The position numbers and the translations under genes are program-made. A stretch of DNA of 64,000 nt from an uncultured bacterium (lineage in GTDB: Bacteria > Patescibacteriota > Dojkabacteria > J137). The notes below the pieces were generated by a model, which saw only the letters and a list, made by a program, of their open reading frames with translations, made no database searches and had not been told where the DNA came from. This document shows, piece after piece, positions 29,883 to 40,262 of this stretch; the stretch's first letter is position 1, and each line of letters begins with the position of its first letter. The stretch is from the NCBI GenBank assembly GCA_963700155.1, contig OY969472.1, positions 1,000,690 to 1,064,689 of the forward strand. The letters run 5' to 3'.

Positions 29883-30617
29883 ATGAATAAGGTCAGAATA
29901 AATAAAGTTAATATTGAATATCAAGTGTTTGGAGAAGGTATTCCTTTAGTATATCTTCATGGTGGAGGAACCGATTTTCATTATTACATGCCATTTTTAA
30001 AAAAGTTGTCCGAGAAATATAAAATATATACATTTTCATACCCAGGTTTTGGATATTCTGGGAATTGGAGTAGGTATACAATTAATAAGTTTATTAAATT
30101 AATAAATGAATTTGTTAGAGCAATGGGTTTAGAAAAATTTATTATAATGGGTCATTCACTGGGTGGAGGACTTGCTCTTGTATATACAGCATTGCATCAG
30201 GAGAATGTATATTATTCTGTAGTTTTGTCCCCTCAAGTATATAGAAATAGGAAGACAATAAAGGAACTTTTGAAAAGTTTTAAAAATGAAAATCATAGTT
30301 ATATTCCTGGTAATGCGAATGGTATTAAGTATTTGACTCTTTTAAGTAAGATAAGATTTCAGTTGAATTTATATAGACTCTATCGATTTATTTCTCATAA
30401 TGATTTATCGAAGTATTTAGATAAGTTAAATATTAAAGTTTTATTATTAATTGATACAAAAGATTTGGTAGTAAATGTAGATGATCAGCAAAAGGTTGAA
30501 AAACTTTTAAAGAATAAGGTTGTTATTAAAAGCAACGAGTATGGTCATAATGCTTTTTTCGCTCTGGAAGATGCTATTCGTGAACAAATGAATATTCTTG
30601 ATAATAAGTTAATATAG
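29883..30617 (+). CDS. Alpha/beta-fold hydrolase
   Basis: HGGG and the nucleophile elbow GHSLGG are present. Confidence 0.7.
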   Translation: MNKVRINKVNIEYQVFGEGIPLVYLHGGGTDFHYYMPFLKKLSEKYKIYTFSYPGFGYSGNWSRYTINKFIKLINEFVRAMGLEKFIIMGHSLGGGLALVYTALHQENVYYSVVLSPQVYRNRKTIKELLKSFKNENHSYIPGNANGIKYLTLLSKIRFQLNLYRLYRFISHNDLSKYLDKLNIKVLLLIDTKDLVVNVDDQQKVEKLLKNKVVIKSNEYGHNAFFALEDAIREQMNILDNKLI

Positions 30618-30675
30618 GAAGGGGTTTTCAAAGAAAACCCCTTCCAAATATTTATTTCTTAATATCTACTTTAAT

Positions 30676-31887
30676 TTAATTGCTCGAAGTTTGGGCTTGA
30701 TCCAAGGTAACATCGACATTCACATCTTTTCCTGCTCTTAATAATTTCAAAGTGACTTTATCTCCAATCTTAAACTGCTGAATTTGTGTAGATAAAGTAT
30801 TATCCGATGTTACTTTGGTCCCATTGATTTCAAGAATAATATCATTCTCTTTTAATCCTGCTTTATCAGCTGGACTTCCAGGCAAAACTGCAACTTGTGA
30901 TGATGAACTGCCTCTGCTAACTAATGCTCCGTAATCTACACTAAGATTATTTTGTTTTTGTACTGTTGAATCAATTTGAATGTATCTAACACCTAACATT
31001 GGTCTTTGGATATTACCTTCAGTGTTTAATCTATTTAGCAAGTCTTTAACAACATCAATAGGAATGGCAAATCCAATATTCTGAGCATCTGAAGCCACAG
31101 CTACGTTAACTCCAATGACATTCCCATTTATATCCAATAAAGGTCCACCGGAATTTCCTAAATTAATACTTGCATCAGTTTGTATAACGTTACTCAACTG
31201 TTCTGTACTTCCACCAGCAGCATCACCTGCAGTTATATTTCTTTTTAATCCTGAAATGATTCCTGAGCTTACTGTATTGCTGAATTGTCCAAGTGCATTA
31301 CCAATAGCAACAACAGTCTGCCCTACTTTCAAACTACTTGAACTTCCTAAATCTAGAGGTGTTAGACTAGATGCATCTATTTTTATGAATGCAATATCCA
31401 ATAGCGTATCTCTTGCTAATACTTTTGCCGTATATTTATCACCACTATTCAAAATTACAGTATAGGAAGCGGTAGTGCTTTCGACAACATGTCTGTTAGT
31501 AATAATTAATCCATCTTTTGAGACTATGAAACCGCTTCCTTCCCCAACTTCCTGTTGTTGTGTACCGGTTGGATTTTGTTGCTGTTGTTGAAAGAAATTG
31601 AAAGGATCGTTTTGATATGGGTTAAAGTTATAGTTTTCATATGTTGGTACATCTTCAGTAATTACAATACTTACAACAGAATCGCTTGCTTTTGCAGCGA
31701 CATCGGTTATTGCTGATTCTTCATTTGTTACTTTAACATCCTGTGTAACTTGATTTATGCTGTTTGAAAGACTTTGCTGTTCCAACTTAGTTCCAACAAA
31801 ACCACCAAATAAACCAGCAATACAAGAGAATAAGATTGTTAAAACTCCTAAAAATGCAAACAGTGCTCTCTTTCTCATAGTTCTCAA
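30676..31887 (-). CDS. htrA: Trypsin-like serine protease HtrA/DegP with PDZ domain
   Basis: It has an N-terminal TM helix, the catalytic motifs TNRHVV, D, GNSGGPL, and a C-terminal PDZ. Confidence 0.9.
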   Translation of the reverse strand: MRTMRKRALFAFLGVLTILFSCIAGLFGGFVGTKLEQQSLSNSINQVTQDVKVTNEESAITDVAAKASDSVVSIVITEDVPTYENYNFNPYQNDPFNFFQQQQQNPTGTQQQEVGEGSGFIVSKDGLIITNRHVVESTTASYTVILNSGDKYTAKVLARDTLLDIAFIKIDASSLTPLDLGSSSSLKVGQTVVAIGNALGQFSNTVSSGIISGLKRNITAGDAAGGSTEQLSNVIQTDASINLGNSGGPLLDINGNVIGVNVAVASDAQNIGFAIPIDVVKDLLNRLNTEGNIQRPMLGVRYIQIDSTVQKQNNLSVDYGALVSRGSSSSQVAVLPGSPADKAGLKENDIILEINGTKVTSDNTLSTQIQQFKIGDKVTLKLLRAGKDVNVDVTLDQAQTSSN

Positions 31888-32075
31888 TATCTAATAAATA
31901 TTATGAATAATTGTAAAATCGTTTTTTGAATTTGGTATGAACTAATAAAGAATTATTATAAAAGTTATTTAAATTAATTATAATATTTCAATGTCTAAAT
32001 GTTAAATCCGAGTTTTGAATTTGATATGAATAACTTATGTTATCATTAAAATAATTTATTATTATCTTTAATGAT

Positions 32076-32585
32076 ATGGATCTAAATGACACATTTGGAA
32101 TTAATAATTTCAGTTATGTAACTTCCCATTTTATAAATGCCGCAGATACTTTAGTAGGTTATTTTGAGCAGATGCAATCTCTACGTGATGAAATAGATTT
32201 TAGTCAAGTACAAGATAGGATAACTTCAAATTATCAGATACTATCAAAAGATACAAATCATGCGATAGAAGATGGAATAGATTTATATTTAAGTAATAAA
32301 TTGGATAGTCATTTGAATTCGGAAAATGGAGGTGCTTGGATCAGGTGTTTTACTGAAACATATTCTAATATGAAAAAAGGGAAGTTTTCTCAAATGTTAG
32401 AAGCAATAATTGAAGATCAATTTGGAGATGCTCCTTTTTATGAAGAAGAAGCAGATATCGCAATTATCAATTTAATTAGAAGTATTGATTCTCAGTTTGA
32501 TTTTTCTGGATTAGGACTAAATATTCTTTTCGATGAAGAAGGAAATGCAATTAAAGTTGAGAAGATAACCTTAGAAGAAAGTTAA
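32076..32585 (+). CDS. Hypothetical protein, paralog 1 of tandem triplet
   Basis: It shares the C-terminal block IINLIRSIDSQFDFSGLGLNILFDEEGNAIKV with the next two ORFs. Confidence 0.4.
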   Translation: MDLNDTFGINNFSYVTSHFINAADTLVGYFEQMQSLRDEIDFSQVQDRITSNYQILSKDTNHAIEDGIDLYLSNKLDSHLNSENGGAWIRCFTETYSNMKKGKFSQMLEAIIEDQFGDAPFYEEEADIAIINLIRSIDSQFDFSGLGLNILFDEEGNAIKVEKITLEES

Positions 32586-32616
32586 GATACTTTAATTTAT
32601 ATTTTAATTTCTAAAT

Positions 32617-33174
32617 ATGGATATTCATACCAATGTATCAGATAGTGTAGATCTAGAAACATTAAACGAATCACTTGAAGATGAAAGATATAAGGACCTG
32701 TCGATTAATCAAGGAATAACCTTAGCTGAGGATGCTTTAGTTGGTTTTATAAAATTTTATCAGAGATACGATCTAAAATTACTAGATCTTTTAGAGAATA
32801 AAATTAGAGATTTAATTTGTCACTACTATGCAAAAGCAAGAAAATTTAATACTTTATCGCCAAGTAAAATTCTCTTGCTTAGATATTTTAATATTCTTTT
32901 TGTAAAATCTATTTATGGATTGAATAGAGATATGAATATTGAATCACTTATAAACATACAACGCGAATTTGCTTCTGGAAATGAGTCTGCTTTACTTAAT
33001 TGGTGTGCAAGTAATGTACTAATGCATATTGATAAGGAATATCAGCTACCATTTATTAATCTAATTAGAACTATAGATAGTAATTTTGATTTTACAAGAT
33101 TTGGTTTAGAAATAAATTTCGATGAAGAAAGAAATGCAATCGATGTAAGGATTAATCAAATAAAAGAATCTTAA
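32617..33174 (+). CDS. Hypothetical protein, paralog 2 of tandem triplet
   Basis: C-terminal block FINLIRTIDSNFDFTRFGLEINFDEERNAIDV. The N-terminal AEDALVGF matches AADTLVGY of paralog 1. Confidence 0.4.
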   Translation: MDIHTNVSDSVDLETLNESLEDERYKDLSINQGITLAEDALVGFIKFYQRYDLKLLDLLENKIRDLICHYYAKARKFNTLSPSKILLLRYFNILFVKSIYGLNRDMNIESLINIQREFASGNESALLNWCASNVLMHIDKEYQLPFINLIRTIDSNFDFTRFGLEINFDEERNAIDVRINQIKES

Positions 33175-33197
33175 TTTTTATTTCTTAAAGTTTAAAT

Positions 33198-33683
33198 ATG
33201 TCATTAAATTTCTCCCAAGAAAACACTGAGGATATTGATAGTTTAAGTATCCAGGCAGCTTATAATTTTGTACAATATTCAAGATTAATGAAAAGTTTGG
33301 GAAACCTAGATTTTGAGCATTATGATATAGATTTATACAATAGAATAAGAGAAAAATATAAAACATGTAAATACTCTGTTGCTGAAGTTTTAATAGATAT
33401 GATGGCATGTTTAGTAAATGAAATATTAAATGGAATAAGAGATAGTTATATTGAGGAAAATCAATTGGAAAAATTATTTGAAGTTTTTACTGAAGCTCAA
33501 AATGGCAATATTGATAAACTTCTAGCAATTATGGCAGAAGGTGCAAAAGAAAATTATGACGATGATGGAATTCAATTAATAAATATGATTTTGGCAGTGA
33601 AGCCTGATTTTGATTTCAGTTTATATGGCTTCAAGGTTATAACAGATGAAAATAACGATGCAGTTAATTTTGAATTAATTTAG
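33198..33683 (+). CDS. Hypothetical protein, paralog 3 of tandem triplet
   Basis: C-terminal block LINMILAVKPDFDFSLYGFKVITDENNDAVNF. Confidence 0.4.
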   Translation: MSLNFSQENTEDIDSLSIQAAYNFVQYSRLMKSLGNLDFEHYDIDLYNRIREKYKTCKYSVAEVLIDMMACLVNEILNGIRDSYIEENQLEKLFEVFTEAQNGNIDKLLAIMAEGAKENYDDDGIQLINMILAVKPDFDFSLYGFKVITDENNDAVNFELI

Positions 33684-33699
33684 TTATAGCAATTAACTC

Positions 33700-34797
33700 T
33701 TAATCATCCTTAAGGGGGTGAAAATCTCTATGAGCTTTCTCGGCAAACTTATCAGAAGCATGGACATATCTTGATGTAGTTTGAAGTGACGAATGACCTA
33801 AAAGCTTTTGAATTGCGGCAGGGTTTGCGCCATCTTCTGCTAAATATGTTGCAAACCCGTGCCGCAAACTGTGTGCACTTGTTGGTACAATAATCCCAAG
33901 CTTTTTTCTATATTCTGCTATTTTCATTTGAATGTAATTTTGGGAAAGTCTTACAATATAAGGATTTTCTGTAGCTTTTCTTGTACCCCTTGTTGGAATA
34001 AACATAGCTGGATAATCGTCAACTCTTAATTCTAGATATTCCTGTAAATGATGAATCGCTCTATCTGTCAAATATACAAATCTTTGTTTCTTACCTTTTC
34101 CTAAAATATAAATTCTATTGTCATCAATTTGATTACCATTCATTTTAATTTGTTCTCTGTTTAAATTAACAACTTCTGAAATTCTCATTCCAGTTGAAAA
34201 TATTAACTCTAGAATTGCCCTATTTCTTATTTTTACGATGTTATCTTCTTCAAATTCTACAGGAGATTCAATTAAATGAATCAATTCATCTAGTTCAGCA
34301 ACCTGCTTTTCTTTTTTCTCAGCTTTTATCATTTTTATAGCTGATGGAGAGATTGGTACTTCTTCATCGATATCAACTAAAAATACTAAATACGATCTTA
34401 TTGATGAAAGCATTCTATTAACAGATGCATCTGCAAGTTGACCTTTATACATAGCTCTTTTTAATTCAGAAACATTACTTTGTGATTTCTCTATATCCTC
34501 CTGAGTTATTTCTTCTTCATCATCAAGTTGAAATTTTTCATATTTGTGTAAGATCGGAATGTAGTTCTGCTCTCTTAAGAAACCTTTATATTCAGAAATT
34601 GTTATTTTATTAATATCTTCAAACTTTGTATCGATATAAAAAAGATATGCTTCAAATATCTCTAAATCTCTTCCATAATTATCCAATGTTTCTTTAGAAT
34701 AATTATTATTCTTTAAATTTGCCATATACTCTGCTTTTCTTGGCAAAGAGAAAGGATTAAGTTTTTTCTGTGGTTTTTGTGAGATTTCTTCATCCAT
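33700..34797 (-). CDS. Tyrosine site-specific recombinase (XerC/XerD family)
   Basis: It has a core-binding N-domain (ETLDNYGRDLEIFEAYL) and the catalytic R..HSLRHGFAT..LLGHSSLQTTSRYVH ending in the tyrosine. Confidence 0.85.
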   Translation of the reverse strand: MDEEISQKPQKKLNPFSLPRKAEYMANLKNNNYSKETLDNYGRDLEIFEAYLFYIDTKFEDINKITISEYKGFLREQNYIPILHKYEKFQLDDEEEITQEDIEKSQSNVSELKRAMYKGQLADASVNRMLSSIRSYLVFLVDIDEEVPISPSAIKMIKAEKKEKQVAELDELIHLIESPVEFEEDNIVKIRNRAILELIFSTGMRISEVVNLNREQIKMNGNQIDDNRIYILGKGKKQRFVYLTDRAIHHLQEYLELRVDDYPAMFIPTRGTRKATENPYIVRLSQNYIQMKIAEYRKKLGIIVPTSAHSLRHGFATYLAEDGANPAAIQKLLGHSSLQTTSRYVHASDKFAEKAHRDFHPLKDD

Positions 34798-34957
34798 AAA
34801 TACAATATACTATAGAGGAAGTATTCTATCAAAGTATTGAAACTCAAGTTTATATTTCTATAATTATTCCCAAATTGTTCCATTCCACCTACTCATTTAC
34901 ATAATGGGTATATAACTGGTATAATTATATAATCATTCTATATCATAAAACGATAAA

Positions 34958-35986
34958 TTGAAGAAAAGAAAAACTATTACAATACTGGTGCCTTGTTATA
35001 ACGAGGTAAAAACTATAGAAGTTTGTCTATTATCTTGGATTAATCAAACACGCCCAGCAGATCAAATTGTTGTCGTTAATGATTGTAGTACTGATGGTTC
35101 AAGAAAAATATTAGAAAAATACAAAGATAAAATTAAACTTATTAATTTAAGAAAAAAAGCTGGAAATAAAAGCTTTGTCCAGCAAAGAGGTTTAAAGTTT
35201 ATAGATACAGACATTTTTATTGCAACTGATGCAGATACATTAATGGATAAATATTTTGTAGAAAGAATTGAAAATGATTTTAAAAATGAAAAAATTGATG
35301 TGGTTTCAGGATATGTTAAAAGTTTAAAATTCAATTGGCTTACAGCTTGTAGGGAAATTGATTATATTCTAGGACAAGATCTTCATAAATCTGCACAAAA
35401 TTATATAAAATTTTTACTTGTAGTTCCTGGATGTGCTGGTGCATTTAAAACTTCCACTTTTAAGAAACTAATTAAGTTTGATCATGATACTTTAACTGAG
35501 GATTTAGACTTCACATATAAATATAATGAAAATAATTTCAATTTGATGTATGACCAAGAGGCAATTGTTTATACACAGGATCCAAATACATTAAAAGTAT
35601 ATATTAATCAAATGAGAAGATGGTATGGAGGCGGCTGGCAGAACCTTATGAAACATTTAAAAATTGTTAGAAAACCAGCCGCCGCTTTAGAACTTTCTAT
35701 GGTCTATTTTGAAGGCTTACTTTTTTATCCTTTACTTTTTATAGTCCCACTTATTAGTTTTACTGCATTTATTCATATGGTGGTTTTCAGTCTTTTGACT
35801 TGGGTAGGACTTGGCATTTATTCCGCAATTAATAGGAAAAGAATTGATTTATTAATATATTCACCATTGTATCTTCTTTTATCTTATATAAATGCATACA
35901 TATTTTTGGAACAATTTGTTAAAGAAGTAATTTTAAAAAAGAAAAATTTAGTTTGGTACCATCCAGAAAGGAGAGCAATAACATGA
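34958..35986 (+). CDS. Processive family-2 glycosyltransferase (PgaC/cellulose-synthase-like), membrane embedded
   Basis: It has a TTG start, the GT2 DxD (DADTLMD), the QxxRW motif (QMRRWYGGGWQ) and C-terminal TM helices. Confidence 0.8.
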   Translation: MKKRKTITILVPCYNEVKTIEVCLLSWINQTRPADQIVVVNDCSTDGSRKILEKYKDKIKLINLRKKAGNKSFVQQRGLKFIDTDIFIATDADTLMDKYFVERIENDFKNEKIDVVSGYVKSLKFNWLTACREIDYILGQDLHKSAQNYIKFLLVVPGCAGAFKTSTFKKLIKFDHDTLTEDLDFTYKYNENNFNLMYDQEAIVYTQDPNTLKVYINQMRRWYGGGWQNLMKHLKIVRKPAAALELSMVYFEGLLFYPLLFIVPLISFTAFIHMVVFSLLTWVGLGIYSAINRKRIDLLIYSPLYLLLSYINAYIFLEQFVKEVILKKKNLVWYHPERRAIT

Positions 35987-36129
35987 TAAATACAGGAGGA
36001 ATAGTATTAATAACACATATTTTAATACTAATTTATTACAAATTTATTAAACGAAGATGGATACCAGTTTTATCTGTTTTAACAAGTGTAGCTGTATTTT
36101 TTACTTTGCTATATATAAGAATAGGATAA
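35983..36129 (+). CDS. 48-aa hydrophobic mini-protein translationally coupled to the GT2
   Basis: An ATGA start/stop overlap with the GT2. The product MINTGGIVLITHILILIYYKFIKRRWIPVLSVLTSVAVFFTLLYIRIG has two TM-like segments. It is not in the ORF track. Confidence 0.35.
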   Translation: MINTGGIVLITHILILIYYKFIKRRWIPVLSVLTSVAVFFTLLYIRIG

Positions 36130-36130
36130 T

Positions 36131-36985
36131 ATGAATAAAATATTTAATAAAAATATAAAAAATAAAGTTTTATCATCAACAATTATACTAATAGTTTTAT
36201 TATTTCTGTTCATTAATGCCGGAACTGCTTTGAGTAATAGTTTCAATATGGATAATAATATAGGTATTGTTGAAGAAGCTTTACACAAATGTGAACCAGT
36301 AGCTCAGAATTATTCAGATAAAAAAGTTATATTAAGACTTGATGATATTCAAGCAAGTGCATATACAAGAATTTCACAAATAATGATTGAAGATGCGGCA
36401 AAAATAAATATGAAATTAGTATTAGGTGTAATTCCTAATAAAATTTTAACTGACGGAGTTATTGATAGAACCATAAAAGATAACTTATGTAATATTGAAG
36501 TTGCAATGCATGGATATACTCATGTAATGCAAGGAAATTATTATGAATTCGAAGATGTTCAACCTAAAGATTATGCAGAAATAAATTATAAGCTCGAAAA
36601 TGGGAAAAGTATGCTTGAACAATTGACAGGTAGCTCAATAGTCACTTTTATCCCACCAGGAAATAAACTTTCAGAGTATGTAAAAAATATCATTTTGGAT
36701 AAAGGAATAAAATATATATCTTCAGATAATGAACAAACTCAATTTGATATGACTATATCTACTTTTGAGTTTGATGTTAATAAATTAACAAGTGTTTCAG
36801 ATATCATTAAAACTTGCAATGAAAAATTTAGTGAAAAATCAGTTTGTGTTATTGTACTTCATCCTCAGGATTATCTTACAAATGATGTAATTGATTCTGA
36901 TAAATATTCAAAATATTGGGAATTATTATCAAAGCTTCGAGAAGATGGTGTTTATTCAACTACATTTAGTGAAATTCAAAATTAA
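36131..36985 (+). CDS. Putative polysaccharide deacetylase-like protein (NodB/DUF2334-like)
   Basis: It has an N-terminal TM helix and a VILRLDDI...MHGYTHV pattern (Asp plus His-x-x-x-His-like). It lies immediately downstream of the GT2. Confidence 0.4.
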   Translation: MNKIFNKNIKNKVLSSTIILIVLLFLFINAGTALSNSFNMDNNIGIVEEALHKCEPVAQNYSDKKVILRLDDIQASAYTRISQIMIEDAAKINMKLVLGVIPNKILTDGVIDRTIKDNLCNIEVAMHGYTHVMQGNYYEFEDVQPKDYAEINYKLENGKSMLEQLTGSSIVTFIPPGNKLSEYVKNIILDKGIKYISSDNEQTQFDMTISTFEFDVNKLTSVSDIIKTCNEKFSEKSVCVIVLHPQDYLTNDVIDSDKYSKYWELLSKLREDGVYSTTFSEIQN

Positions 36986-37368
36986 ACTTTAAATCGATTG
37001 ATTTTTAGAAATTGTGTGTTAAATTCTATATGTAATAAATATTAACTTTAGTATATATTAATACACCTTCTGAAAATAAAAATAATACTAAGCTTATTAT
37101 AGGAGCGGAGTTTGATGCACAAAGTTGGAATTCTTCTACTGAAGATGTAAAAAGGAAATGTGCCTTAAATAATTTAAAGTTGATTGTTGAAAATCTAAAT
37201 AAAGAAATAGAGTTTATGGGTAGTGCTACTACTTCAATTCAAGATCGTATTCATGAACTATCACTTGCATTTGGAAGTGCAGCTGAGGAAGTTGAAAGAT
37301 ATATACTTGAAGAATATAAAGAGTTTATTAAAATTTCAGAATCTTAAATTATTTATTAAAAGGTAAAA

Positions 37369-37677
37369 ATGATTGGAAATAAGACACTTTTAAAAGCTGA
37401 AAACTCATCAGAGATTAATAAAAGTTTTAATGATAAGATTAGAGTTGAACCTTCGATAGTTGATATATGGAATACATATGATGAATTAGAGAAAAGAAAA
37501 GTAGCTATTGAATTATTAAGAAAATTTAAAGATGAATATGAAGGAGCTGCTGAATTTAACCCAAGATTTGCTGAAGAAGGTTTTTGTGTTTGGCTTAACA
37601 AACTTCCAGGAGTCGATGTTGAAGCTTATAAAGAAATAAGAGAATATATTATAGATGCTTATAATCAAGAAAACTAA
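37369..37677 (+). CDS. Hypothetical protein
   Basis: ORF only. Confidence 0.3.
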   Translation: MIGNKTLLKAENSSEINKSFNDKIRVEPSIVDIWNTYDELEKRKVAIELLRKFKDEYEGAAEFNPRFAEEGFCVWLNKLPGVDVEAYKEIREYIIDAYNQEN

Positions 37678-37720
37678 ACTTGCAAGACAAACCTGTTATT
37701 GTCTGTAGTATAATTCTTCT

Positions 37721-39076
37721 ATGTTAAATCCAGAATTACAAAAAATTTTAGATGCTGAAACAAAACGCCAACAAGAAACTATAGATTTAATTCCTTCAGA
37801 GAATTTTTCTTCAAAAGCAGTAAGAGAAGCAGTTGGCTCTGTTTTTATGCATAAATATTCAGAAGGTTATCCGGGAGCAAGATATTATGAAGGGAATGAA
37901 AATATAGATGAACTTGAAAATTTAGCTAATGTTATGATTCGAAAAGTATTTAAGCTCCCAGAGGATTGGAGTTCTAATGTTCAACCTTTAGCTGGTTCTA
38001 ATGCGAATTTAGCTGTTTATAATGCTCTTCTTAATATTGGAGATACAATAATGAGTATGTATCTTCCTGATGGAGGTCATCTCTCTCATGGATGGAGTTA
38101 TACTTCAACAAAAGAAAGGAATGATGAAGAAAAATCAGCAATGGAAAATGATTCTGCTTATTATGGAGGAAAAACTAAAATCAGCATTGTTTCTAAATTA
38201 TTCAATATAGTTCAATATAAAGTTAATAAAGATTCACAAGTTTTTGATTATGATGAAATTGAAAAATTATCCTTGGAAGTTAAACCAAAATTAATAATTA
38301 CGGGTGGAACTGCATATCCAAGAAATATTGATTATAAAAGAATGAAGGCGATTGCAGAGAAAGTTGGAGCTTATTATATGGCTGACGTTGCACATGAGGC
38401 AGGATTAATTGCAGCTGGAGTTCTGCAATCGCCTGTTGGTATTGTTGATGTTATAACATTTACTACTCATAAAACTTTAAGAGGACCTAAAGGGGCTGTA
38501 ATTTTAATGAAGAATGAGTTAGCTCAAAAAATAAATAAATCTGTTATGCCGGGACTGCAAGGCGGGCCGCATAATGGTACTATAGCAGGAATTACTCAGG
38601 CTTTATTTGAAGCTGACACTCAAGAATTCAGAAATTATACGGCCCGCATATTGAGTAATGCTCAAATATTAGCAAAAGAACTTCAAAATTTTGGATTTAA
38701 CCTTGTTTCAGGAGGTACAGATAAACACTTAGTACTTATTGATCTTAGGAATAAAAATATCTCTGGAAAATATCTTTCTAAAGCTTTAGCATTAGTAAAT
38801 ATTGTAAGTAATATGAATACCGTACCATTTGAAACAGGCTCTCCATTAAATCCTTCTGGAATAAGACTTGGTACTCCTACAGTTACAACAAGAGGAATGG
38901 GAGAAGAAGAAATGAAAGAAATTGCATCAATAATTAATCAGGTTGTAGAAATTGCAGTATCTTATAAGAACAATGATTTAAACGAGTTTTTGAACCAATT
39001 ATCAAATAATTCAAAAATTGTTTCGTTAAAAAACAAAGTTTTAGCCTTATGCATTAAATTTCCCTTGAATATATAA
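37721..39076 (+). CDS. glyA: Serine hydroxymethyltransferase
   Basis: It has the SHMT N-terminus (LIPSENFSSKAVREAVGSVFMHKYSEGYPGARYY) and the PLP-lysine region TFTTHKTLRGPKG. A ~28-aa insertion follows HG. Confidence 0.92.
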   Translation: MLNPELQKILDAETKRQQETIDLIPSENFSSKAVREAVGSVFMHKYSEGYPGARYYEGNENIDELENLANVMIRKVFKLPEDWSSNVQPLAGSNANLAVYNALLNIGDTIMSMYLPDGGHLSHGWSYTSTKERNDEEKSAMENDSAYYGGKTKISIVSKLFNIVQYKVNKDSQVFDYDEIEKLSLEVKPKLIITGGTAYPRNIDYKRMKAIAEKVGAYYMADVAHEAGLIAAGVLQSPVGIVDVITFTTHKTLRGPKGAVILMKNELAQKINKSVMPGLQGGPHNGTIAGITQALFEADTQEFRNYTARILSNAQILAKELQNFGFNLVSGGTDKHLVLIDLRNKNISGKYLSKALALVNIVSNMNTVPFETGSPLNPSGIRLGTPTVTTRGMGEEEMKEIASIINQVVEIAVSYKNNDLNEFLNQLSNNSKIVSLKNKVLALCIKFPLNI

Positions 39077-39116
39077 TCAGTTTTGATATATTCTTAGAGT
39101 AAGTTTTTACTAAATT

Positions 39117-40262
39117 TTGGTGAAGAATATAAATTACAGTGTGATTACAAATGTTTTAAAAATTGTAATTTTACTTCTAGGACTATCATTTATTGTTTCG
39201 ATACTTTTTGTTAATTATCTTCCACTAGATCCTTTAATCAATTTATTTAATAATGATTCCATTACTTATATTTTGAAGGCTTTTGAAGCTACAGAAAAGA
39301 ACGGTTTGTTTTTTTATGCACAAATCGAATTTTCTATATTATATTTATGCTGTTTAATTGTGTGCATTATTTTTCTTCCAGGTAGAAAATTCGTTGAAAT
39401 TTTAATACTCTTCTTTGGCTTCTTTATTCCGAATCATAGAAAATATTGGGGGACAATAATTAATGAGAATAATGATAAACCAATCCCTTTTGCAACAATT
39501 TATTTGAAAGATAAATCTGCAGATGGAACAGTAAAAATATTAAAACAAGCGATTGCTGATTTAGATGGTAGATATAGAATTGATATTGATAAAGCTGATT
39601 ATTCTAATTTGATGCTTGAGGTTAAAGCTACTGGCTTTGACGATTTTGAAAAAAATATAAGATTAAATACCCTATTTAAAACTAATTATTTAACCATTGC
39701 GGATACTATCCCAATGGTCGAAGTTACTAAAAAAGAGAGTAAGATTAGTGATTTTTTGTTTAATATTGATTCTAATGATTATTTGATTTATTTCATTTAT
39801 ATTCTCTCTGTTGCTGCACTGGTTTCAAGTATTTTATTGATTGGGACTGTTCCTAAATTTCTAAGTGCATTTCAGCTAATATTTTATGGTACTTCGGTTG
39901 TCTGGAACACATATATTTTAATTTCTAGATCAAGGACAATTGTTGGAAGAGTTATTAATATTGAAGACAAGCAGCCAATCCAAGATGCACTTGTTAATGT
40001 TTATGACTTAGATGGGAAAGAATTGGGTTCTTTTGTAACTGATAATGAAGGATTAATTGAATCAAGTTTAGGTGAGGGAAACTATGAAGTTACTGTTAGT
40101 AAGCCAGGTTATACGATTTATGGTGCTTCTAATGATCCTGCCTTAAGAAAAAGAGTTCATATTGATTCGAGGGGTTATTTTTCTAGTAATATTTTACTAT
40201 ATAAACTGGATCCAAATGCAGTGAATTCAAGGGCTACAGACTTGCCGAATCCATTCGTTTGA
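39117..40262 (+). CDS. Membrane protein with two carboxypeptidase-regulatory-like (CarbopepD_reg) beta-sandwich domains
   Basis: It has a GTG start and TM segments. Two repeats of the ...G.V....D..P...A.V.......G........DG.Y... pattern are present (GTIINENNDKPIPFATIYL and GRVINIEDKQPIQDALVNVYD). Confidence 0.45.
   Translation: MVKNINYSVITNVLKIVILLLGLSFIVSILFVNYLPLDPLINLFNNDSITYILKAFEATEKNGLFFYAQIEFSILYLCCLIVCIIFLPGRKFVEILILFFGFFIPNHRKYWGTIINENNDKPIPFATIYLKDKSADGTVKILKQAIADLDGRYRIDIDKADYSNLMLEVKATGFDDFEKNIRLNTLFKTNYLTIADTIPMVEVTKKESKISDFLFNIDSNDYLIYFIYILSVAALVSSILLIGTVPKFLSAFQLIFYGTSVVWNTYILISRSRTIVGRVINIEDKQPIQDALVNVYDLDGKELGSFVTDNEGLIESSLGEGNYEVTVSKPGYTIYGASNDPALRKRVHIDSRGYFSSNILLYKLDPNAVNSRATDLPNPFV

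Noticed and set aside
37102-37350. Possible small ORF (MGSATTSIQDRIHELSLAFGSAAEEVERYILEEYKEFIKISES) upstream of 37369
   Set aside because: It is only 42 aa from the first ATG. It has no clear SD and no recognisable motif. I leave it unannotated.
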